Origin: Marsupella aquatica
Taxonomy: Eukaryota; Plantae; Marchantiophyta
Assembly (NCBI GenBank): GCA_973895155.1
Contig: OZ316892.1
Span: forward strand, 1,863,223-1,927,222
Length of the DNA: 64,000 nucleotides
Direction of reading: 5' to 3'
In this document: positions 54,201 through 64,000 of the stretch, one piece after another
How positions within the stretch are numbered: position 1 is the first letter of the stretch
Layout: every line of letters starts with the position of its first letter
Made by a program: the position numbers and the translations under genes
Notes under the pieces: model-generated
Told to the model about the DNA's origin: nothing
The model's database searches: none
Seen by the model: the letters and a program-made list of their open reading frames with translations, nothing else

Positions 54201-56589
54201 ACATAGTTAGACTTTGTCTAGGGATCATCTTGTTCTGACAAGATGAGGGGCATGTGGGTCCACTTTTAATGCAAAAGAATAAAATAGGAATGGAACAAGC
54301 TACCAGATAAAGAGACTTCCAAAAGGGGTGGTCCAAAATCTAGGTCTCACTACCGCAAAACTAACATATCATATGTAACAAAGCATAGGATCATTTTATT
54401 GGTTCCAAAAGAAAGTTACAAAAATTTGTTTAAATCACAGCTACCTCGTTAAGAGGCTACGCTTTACCCAAAGCTCTCATTATATATTCCACACATTCAC
54501 TTTCACTAAGACTGATGGAGAAAAGAGACAGTTCTTAAGCATAGTGGCCAGTCAGAACATGTGGGTAGGAGTCCTGGGCAGCCCAACTAGAGAGTCGGCA
54601 ATGCCGGGGAGGCCTACCAATAGCCACCAAACTTACAGCACCACTTGCACAGCAGGGTGAAAACCTAAGTAGCACTGAGGCAAATAATCAAATAAATTCA
54701 GAACAGAGAAGAATACCATACTGTTGGACCAATTACCACACTTTGGAGCAACGATTAGTTAGATGTCATTCTTAGTACTCTACCAGACACTTAGCCAGGA
54801 CCAAGCTGCCATGAACCACGAACAGCCAGCCCTCAAGCTGGTGGAAACATGGAATGTGGTACCCACACGTACATCAACGTTGGCTGCAAGTTTTACTACC
54901 AACTACACAATGAACAACAGGTTTTTACTAACCTGCCCTCCATTTTGCATTTGGGTTAGTATTAACTCATATAATGGTTCCTGCTGCCATGTGGCAAGTT
55001 GCAGTAGGCTAGCCTTAGCCCGCCCCCTCTTCCCCCCCTCCCCGCTGCAGGGCACAGTCACAGATCTGGGAGGGGCAAAAACAGGTCGTTTTGTTGCTCC
55101 CACACCCCCCTCACAAAAACCCGACACTTTTGGCCCTCATTTTACTCAGGAAAATGCAGTGGGGAGGGGGGGAAGGGGCCAAGGGGGTTGTGGTGGGTTA
55201 AGGCTAGCTTACTGCAACTGTTATATGAGTTATTACTAACCCAAATACAAAATGGGGGACAGGTTGATAATTAATTTTGTTTGGGGGCACATTACTAATA
55301 TTGGGTAGATCGAGCTTGGGTGGTTTTTGCCCCCGGCCCGTTCTTCTTATAAAGTTGTTATTTAAAAAAAGCAAAAACAAAACTAATATTGGGTAGTTTG
55401 AGGGACAGGTTGCTAAGTAAAAGGCTGTAACTGACAATTGCAAAATGCCTCACCTTACTGTTGATAATTTGCTGCAAAGTTATTGGGAGCAACAAGGGGA
55501 AGTGCAACCTCACTGGAAAAACCAGGTAAGAGTAGTGCAACCTCACTGGAACAGACAAGCACGTCCCATAATCCACAAGATGGCAATGGCAAGTGACCCT
55601 GTTGAACAAGAGGAACAGTATGGGAGGCAGAATCAGGGAAGTCATTTGCTTCAGAAGGTGGCAAAATTTAGTCACTTTCATGATCCAAGGAGTTGTAGTC
55701 ATCAAGGGCCATGATTTAGAATTCTTAAGCTCAAGCTCACAAATAATGAATGAGGTCAGCTGCACACTTTAGATCAACTCCAGTAGTTCTGTGCATAAGC
55801 AAAGTTCAAAGGTAAGCATGTTCTCTTCTTCCTTACAATTTATTTTCTGTCCCATCTTGAACAGACAACATGCTAAGCACACAGCCTAAACCCGAAAACA
55901 TAAGCACACACACCAGTGAAGCAATGAGCACAGCACCAAGGCCAAAACAATGTGAGAGAGCATAGTGAGCACAACACTAAGAGGCCAAAAACTGAGGAGC
56001 ACAGTGAGCACAACACCCAGAGCAAAATATCAAGCACCAACCACCTTGTGAGCGCCACGCCCACTCTTCCTGACTCTCAATTGACATCGCATGCCCCCCT
56101 TTGCATTTTCACAAGTGAACTCTTCTTGCTACCTTGACTTGGATCCCTTCCCTCAACTTCACTTTCTAAACTTTAAGGCTGCTGCTGCCCTGCTCCCTCC
56201 CTTGACTTTGCCAATTAACCCATCATCCTATTTTCATGTCTCCAAAATTGTGATTTAACTCCTATTTGGTAACCTAGACCCCGGTAGTGACAAATAGATG
56301 TTTTAACACAAACATTTAGGATGGTCTAACTTGCTACATGACAAGAAAAACAAGTTCCAGGGATGAACATGCTATATGGGACAATCATGGATCTTCTCTT
56401 AACTAAATACTCGAAACCATAGCCACAACCCGCCCACATGAGCAAGTTGTTTCTTCCTTCTTTACAAGGGCGGGGTTTGAAAACTACGTACCTTGACGTC
56501 TTCTTACAAGCTAGACATGGGGGCACTAGTGACATTTTTCACTGAAGCAAATTAGACGGCCACTTCTTGTCCTAAATATGACGTAGATC

Positions 56590-56990
56590 AGTTTTTGTGT
56601 TTCTCTAGCTTTCCAACGAGATTAACCTTGGCAAATTTCATGTCAGATTTTGTCAAGTAGTAAGCCAGGAGATGACAAGTTTAAAAATATTGTCTTTAGC
56701 TTTCCAATGAGTCTAAAATTGGTAGATTTTTTTCAAATATTGCAAAGATCAGGAGTTTATGAATTTATCTGGCTTTCCAATGAGCCTGAAAGTGACAGAT
56801 TCATGTCAGATTTTTTCAAGTACCAAGAAGATAATGAGTTTCAAAATATCTCTAGCTTTCCAATGATAGTGCCATTGGGAGATTTTGCCAAGTACTAAAG
56901 AGATCATGAGTTTCTAAGTACATTGATAGATTAGTGTAAGTATTAAGGAGATTACAAATTTATGAAGATAGTGAAGGTACTAAGGAGACT
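56590..56990. repeat. Degenerate ~90-bp-unit repeat related to 2250-2465
   Basis: Shared ctctagctttccaa..gattttgccaagtactaaagagatcatgagtttctaa motifs. Confidence 0.55.
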
Positions 56991-59900
56991 GGTTGTTTTC
57001 TTTTACAATATAGAGCCCAAGGGTTAAAACTATTAAAAACATTTTTATCCGTTGCTTTTTCAAACACTTGCAAAAATTTAAAATTTGTATTTCTATTAGC
57101 ATTTTGATAAAATCAATGATACATGACTCACAAGTCATTGAACCAGTTATTTAATCTTACCCAATGATTTGTTATATTAAAATTTCCTTCTCCAAGTTTT
57201 GATGATTTTACAGTCACTGTTTGATTGCTTTTCCTTGCCTCACATCAAACACAAACAGTTCTGTGTTTCTTGTTGAATTCATCATTGGAAGTGTTTGTGA
57301 CCAAACGTGATAATGTGGATGCATGCGGGGGCTGCTTGTGGTGCTTGGAATTTTGAAAAGAGCTGGCCATGGGGTCAGTACAAAGTATTTTGAAATGTAC
57401 TTCAGTAAATGGAAATCCCTTGCATGAAGCTGTTCATTTTGTCTCCCATGTGATCAACATTTTCTTTGCCAGCGGCTTCCATATGTGATTGGTAAGGTTG
57501 CTCAGCTTTAAGCAACCTTCCCCAAATGGTAAAATTGAAAAACTTTCAGTACTATCGTATCTAGATAAATCAGCAATGTTCTTTAGGTTAACTAAATTGA
57601 ATTTGTGATAACCCCCCAAAAAGTAAAGTAGTTTTTTTGTAGTGTTTCCTGTTCAAAAATATTTTAATCTTAAGAAGAATAATTAATCATTTATTTTTAG
57701 AGTTGGGATGAATTATTTATGAACGACATAAACAATAATGCAGAAATAAAGTAGTTTTGGGTGACTTGTGCCCTGTCCGTGCTGCCCATGACCTTACAAA
57801 TTGTTGGACCCACCTTTATCCCAACATGTCATTTTTCTAGTATATTATAACTATTTAGGTTTCAAGAGATTATAAAGTTCTTCAAAAAGTGGAATTGGTG
57901 GGTCTTTCATGTTTTTCTCATAATGACTTTAGTTAGAGACACATAACTCACGCAAAATCATAAACCTTTATTCCCACATGTCATTTTTCTACATCTAACT
58001 ATTTAGGTTTCAAAAGATTATAAATTTATTTCAAAAAAGTGGAAATGGGCCTCGCATGTTTCTCTCATACTGACTTTAGTTAGTGACACATAAGTCACGC
58101 AAAATCATAAAATTAGGAAATAACACCCTGGGTAGTACTTAAAAAGAGAGGTTTGGCATAATTTCCAAGTGTCTGTTTCTAAAACCCCTTTGCTTTCTCA
58201 CATTCTTGGGAAGAGATAGGTGAGGGTTTAGGTATCCTTATATAGTGTATGAAATGTTAGTTTAATATGACTTAAATTTAAAGATAAACATAATTACCCT
58301 TTGTTAGACTCCCTCTATAGATCTTTGCTTGTTTAAAAAGCACCTAGCACCCCCTAAACAGGTAATTATTTCTTATCATTCTCTACCTGTATATTGTCAA
58401 GAGTTGAAAAGGTGGACATATTGAAGATGGATATATCCTTCAGAGCCGGGTCACTTTGAAAGCATCATGTAGCATGTGCATATGAAGATCATCATATCTC
58501 TGACTCTTTAATTCCTCTTAAGTCGTGTGCAATGGCCTTTGCCATATAAGTTGTTCTGAAAAGCAACATTTTGCACCAGAACTTACCACAAGAGACATCT
58601 GTCAATGAAAAACCCAAAATATGATCATTAGATTCTCCCTAGGGTCTGAGTGGTGCATCTACAATACAGAGTTTGTTAAGCCATCTACACTAGAGGGGCC
58701 TATTGTTCATGCACGTTGTTGGTAGAAGCAATAATTCACTGATAGCATTCTCCTATGACAAGCCCATCCACGAATTTGAGGCTTTTCAATAAGTTCGGAC
58801 CGCCATCTACACTAGAGTGGCCTGTTGTTCATTATTCACGGAGACTAGTCCCTTTTTTGTCATTAAATGCACCTCGGTTCTCCCCCACACCCCACCGGAA
58901 GACCCTCCTCATTTTTGTGTCACAATTCAGTTTCAGGCCAGTCTTTTTGGGTTCCCTCGTTGCCCTTGCCCATCCCATGCCTGGGCAGCCCTTAAAATCA
59001 CACCCTTCCTGCCCAACACCCCACCTGAAGACTCTCCTCATTTTTGTGTCACAAGTCAGTTTCAAGCCAACCATTTTGGGTTCCCTCGTTACCCCTGCCC
59101 ATCCCATGCCTGGGCAGCCCTTAAAACCCCACCCTTCTTGCTGTTGACTGTTTGTTGAGTAGGGGTGGTGAACAAAGTTGCCATGACACGAAGGAGTGTT
59201 TATGGCAAGCATCTACTCTTTCCCTTATCCCCTTTCTATGTCTTTCCCCAATTTCTCCAAAGAATAGTCTTCCGTGAACTTTAGTAAGGTGAACCAGTGG
59301 TTTGGGTGAAATCCCGGTGCCTCGCTGATGCTATCTGGGTGCTATTTTTTAAAATTTGTTTTTTGCAGTTAAATCAAGTGGCCCTTTAAACAATTCTTTG
59401 ATGCTATTTTGCCAAAAACCTTTGTGGAATTATTCATGTTAGACTTGAGCATTTCGTTGGTGTTATTTTTGTGAAAGTTTTTTTCAGATGTGAGCACCAA
59501 GCTAGAGCATTTCAGGCAATTTACACAATGTCACTTAAATGGTAATTTTTATTGTTTAGCTTAGTACACAATGCACTAATTGAATTCTCAAGGCATCAAT
59601 TGAATTCATAAAAATGAGCATTAGGATGCACATAGTAACAAATGTAAAAGCAGTTATATGACCTTAAAATTTGAGCTCAATGTTGGTGAAACAACCACAA
59701 AATTAACTATCAAAATCATATCACAATTCACGCCTCTATGTTTACTCAAAGTGACACAAAAAGAACTTGGTGTGTTTAGGAAATACTCACATTGGACTCC
59801 TTTTTTTGGCAAAATAGTATCAAAGAATTGTTTGAATCACACGTGATTCATTTGCAGAAAACAAATTTAAAAAATAGTACCCAAAACCATTGACTCGCCT

Positions 59901-61555
59901 TACTAAAGTTCAGGTAAGACTATGCTTTGGATAAATACTTTCAGGTGTGAGTACTGCCAAAAAAATTGAGATGGAATAACTAAAGAGAGTAAATATTAGG
60001 TACCTTAAAGTAGTACTTACCTTGCACAAGTATTTCAAAACATGGAAAAAAATGAATATGGGAGTGACAAGGGCTAAATACTTTGTACATATGTTATCTA
60101 TTTATTTTAAGCAAGTGTACACTTAAAAATTGCTTCTAGAGAGTACATTTGGTGGACTGATGTAGATAATTGTAGGATTATGTTACAATTAAAAAATGCA
60201 GAAAAGAATCACTGACACAGGTCATGAGAAAGGGTTGCAGGGACAAGGGGCCCCATTAAGTATATTTGAAAAGTGAGGGGCTAGGCATGATTATCTATAC
60301 CTATAGGGGACCCATCAAGTATTTTGCCGGCGCTTTTTGTGATCGTTTAGTTTCTGCCGTGAAATTCCTTTCTTTGTCTTTTCTCAACTCCATTTCTCAA
60401 CCAAACCAGACTTTTTGACATCCTTTGATTCATGCCAGAAATTGTTGTCTGTAGGGTTGTAGTTATTTTAGTCATTTTTGCAGTTGTTTGGACTCAGGCT
60501 TATTTTGGCTCTTTAATCTTACAGAGGTTAGGCTAATGTTTTCACCCCTTTATTGAGTCACTTGCCTTTGGTATCCTGTGTGTCCTGGGTTGACAATTTT
60601 TGTTCTTTGGAAATGTCACATATACATTCTCCTTCAACCAGATAGTTCTTTTCTGGAATCTGAGATAATTTTGTTCCTACAAAAGAGACCTCAATGCAAC
60701 CACACTCAATGCTGAGAGGAATTCCTGCCTGAAAAAAATTATATTTGTAGGGAGGGTTTAGTTCTTCTTGCAATTGGTGACTACTCTCGCCTTATTTGGC
60801 TCTTTGGTCTTGGGTTTTATTTCCATGTTTCAAACTTTCAAAATACAGTCAGAAAAATCTGAGGAATGGCCAGAGAGCGGGCCAGAGAAGCCATTATTTA
60901 AAATTAAAATATATAAATAAAAATATATAAATAAAGGGGTTACCAAAAAGGGCGAGGATTTAAGGGCTGCCCAAGCATGGGATGGGCAGGGGCACCCAGG
61001 GGACCCAAAAAGGCTGGCCTGGAAAAAGTGGGACACAAAAACGAGGAGAGTCTTCTGGTGAAGTGTGGGGGAAAACCAAGATGCATGGTGAGGTGTGGGG
61101 GAAAACCAAGATGCATTTAATGACAAAACAGGGACTCGTCTCCCTGAATCATTGGATGTGGACCATTAGCTCTAAGCTTGCCACATTTCCCCGTGAGACC
61201 TAGTCCTTCACACTGGTGTAGTGTTCGACACTTTTCCCTTTCTCTTTTTCCTTTTTTAGCATGTGATTTTTTAGGGTTGCATTTGCTTTTCTTTTTAATT
61301 GTTGGGTGTTTGTCCTCTTTGGCCCTCTTTTCATTCCCTTCATTGTACTTTGTTTTTTCCTGTTTTATAAATTTTGGGGAAAGATTGGATTAATTAAGGT
61401 GAGAAAAACTTCAAACAAAATAAACATTTTGAGAGGACGGAAGACACCTGAGATTTGCAACTAGCGAGCAAATTAACAGCTTTTAATTACAATGCCACTA
61501 AAGATGTGTATACTCAACGGTTAAGGTGTTTATTAGATTTGTTATTATAATGTCA

Positions 61556-63221
61556 CGAGCTCAATACCCGTGCGTTGGACAAAAGAAGTCATGTCGGCCA
61601 GGATGTCGTTGAGAAAAAAAGATGTCGTGTCAGCCAAGAGGTCGTGGAGAGAGAAACTATCGTGTTGGCCAAGAGGTGGTTGAGAGAAAAAAAAGTCGTT
61701 GAGAAGAAAAGATGTCATGTTGGCCAAGAGGTTGTTGAAAAAAAGTTGTCATGTCAGCCAAGATGTCCTTGAAAAAAAGATGTTGTGTTGGCAAAGACAT
61801 CATTGAGAGAAAAGATGCTGTGTCGGCCATGACATCGTTAAGGGAAATTACTCATGCATTGCACAAAAGCTGTCATTAAGAAAAAAAATGTTGTGTCGCC
61901 CAAAATATCATTAAAATGAGGATATCATGGCGCCCAATATATTGTTAAGAAAACAGATGTTGTGGCGCCCAAGATGTAGTGTCCCCCAAGATGTCGCTAA
62001 GAGGAAAGTGTTGTGGCGCCCAAAATGCTCTTAAGAGAATTATATGTTGTGTTTCCCAAGAATGATGTTCTTATGTGAAAAATGTCATGAAGTAAAAAGA
62101 TGTTGTTAAGAAAAAGAAGTCAATTGCCAAAGATGGCATGTTGCCCAAAAGGTCATCAAGTAAAAAATTGTGTCAAGTAAGTAGATGTCATGTTGCCAAT
62201 GATGTTGGTATGCCAAAGATGTCGTTAAGTATTAAGATGTTGTTAAGTATAAAATCATGGTCAATAGATAAAATATGTCATTACTAAAATATGTCGTGAA
62301 GTAAAAGATGTTGTTAAGTACATATCGGGCTTGATACCTGTGCATTGCACAAATGATGCATGTTGAGGTGAGAAAATATGTCGATAAGAGAAAAACATGT
62401 CGAGCTGAGAAAAATATGTCAAGGAAAGAAAATATAGCAAGGTGAGGAAAAGATATCATATTACAGAAAAAAACATTCAAAGGTGAGAAAAATAAGTCAA
62501 GGAGAGAAAACATGGTGAGATGAGAAAAAGATGTCAATATGAGGAAAAAATGTTGAGGGGGAAGAAAGATGTTGTGGTGAGATAAAGATGACCAGGTGAG
62601 AAAAATATGACAAAATGAGACAAATATAATATATATATGTTGAGGTGAGAAAAGATCTCAAGGTGAGTAAAATATGTCAAGATGAACAAAGATCTTGAGG
62701 TGCGAAGATCTTAATATGAAGAAAAGATGTCAAGATGAGAAACTATTTTATCTATATTTGATTTATATTTGAAATTATTTCCAAAAAATAGAATTATTTA
62801 TATATTAATAAATTTAATTAAAATTTGATTAATTTTTTCAATTGTGGCAGGTATGGGAAGGTTAAAGGGTAGCTTGGGCAGGAATTTATTTTAAAAAGTG
62901 GTGTATGGCTAGATCTTAAAGTATGGAAAAAAATATGTTTTGGTGAACATTCAAGATTGATTGTCACTTTTTTTTAGTTTGTAAAGGGACCGGATCAAGA
63001 TTATAGTGGTACATGGTAAAGGGAGGTCTCCTTGATACTCTTGCATTGCTAGAGACCCTCCTTATTTTCTTTGTACTATTAAATTCATTTTTTTCTTGGA
63101 AACATTGCTCTCCATTTTCATTCACAAAAGAAATCATTCTTTCATGTTTTTCATTTTTGGGATATTGCAAATTTGAATGACTACGATAATATAAAAAGTA
63201 ACAATTTATTATAGCTTTTGA
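61556..63221 (-). mobile_element. Non-autonomous Helitron-like element, copy 4 (~1.67 kb, both ends)
   Basis: a|cgagctcaatacccgtgcgttggac 3' end (CTAG variant) and minus-strand 5' A|TCAAAAGCTATAATA at 63221. Colinear with 35387-37199. Confidence 0.68.
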
Positions 63222-63749
63222 TGTTGTCTTTGTAATCTAACCTATTTTTAATTAAGCTATTTTAATTAAATTACTATCATTATTATATTTTGCAATATTG
63301 TAATACTTGTAATAATATATAGTATCATATATATTATGTATTTTTGTATTTCATGTGTATACCTTCTTGATACTCATGCATGTACATTCACTCTCTTGTT
63401 TTGTGTGCCCCATTGGTTCTAGCATTGGCTCCCTACTTTTGTGTCTCGCATTTGATTCACCGTTTGTGTGTAATGTATTTATTATTTTTTTGGTGCACAC
63501 TAAATTTAATATAACCTTTATTACTTTTGTCACTTGCTTATCAAACGATTTACACGACAAATACGTGTTTCCTCCTACTAAAATCGTTTATTATCGTATG
63601 ACGGGAACGTGGAGGGACGCTATTAGGATTCTATTGCATGTAGGATGAGTATGTTTGATTTCGCTCCTGGAAGTGTAATTTTTGATCAAGTCTACCGACT
63701 AGCCTCTCTGCTTTTGATCAAGTCCCATGGACTACACCACACACACTCC

Positions 63750-63982
63750 TACTGTCTTCCCCCGAACACAGCGCCCGGGCGTTGTGTTCGAATATGGTAA
63801 AAATAGGGACTTTAGGCAAAAAAGATGTTTTCACTCAAACACAACGCCATATGAACACAACGCCCTGGCGCTGTGTTCGAAATTGACTTTGTGTTCGAAA
63901 ATGTGCAAAAGTGACTATAGGAGGGCATTGTGCTCGAATTTGACTTTGTGTTCAAAAATGTGCAAAAGTGACTATAGGAGAA
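63750..63982. repeat. Palindromic GAACACA(A/G)CGCC motifs plus a 2 x ~59 bp tandem, likely a DNA-transposon end
   Basis: Near-perfect palindromes at 63763-63790 and 63853-63878. tgtgttcgaaattgactttgtgttcgaaaatgtgcaaaagtgactataggag occurs twice with variants. Confidence 0.55.
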
Positions 63983-64000
63983 CTTAGGTAACCGGGTTGC

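Noticed and set aside
53679-54998. 18-bp inverted repeat as TIRs of a 1.3-kb element
   Set aside because: No TSD; more likely two inverted fragments of a dispersed repeat.

Overview
Eukaryotic nuclear DNA from a land plant. The intron style and protein divergence suggest a non-seed plant such as a bryophyte, but that is an inference. A gene island at about 6.8-44 kb holds eight protein-coding genes, with exon chains reconstructed by hand and phase-checked: a Bet1/SFT1-like SNARE (+), plastid ALA dehydratase HEMB (-), a COA3-like small protein (+) only 137 nt upstream of PEX10 (+), TFIIF beta (-), a PIG3-like quinone oxidoreductase (-), an RlmM/FtsJ-like methyltransferase (-) and a 2OG-Fe(II) dioxygenase (-). 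Repeat-rich DNA lies between and around the genes: a Copia integrase relic, a decayed CRE-clade non-LTR retrotransposon carrying two copies of one MITE, four non-autonomous Helitron-like elements with internal minisatellites, a 77-bp tandem array and many dispersed repeats. The best novelty candidate is the COA3-PEX10 arrangement, which may be a bicistronic or shared-leader transcription unit. There is no CRISPR array, tRNA or rRNA. All family assignments come from motif recognition; no database searches were run.
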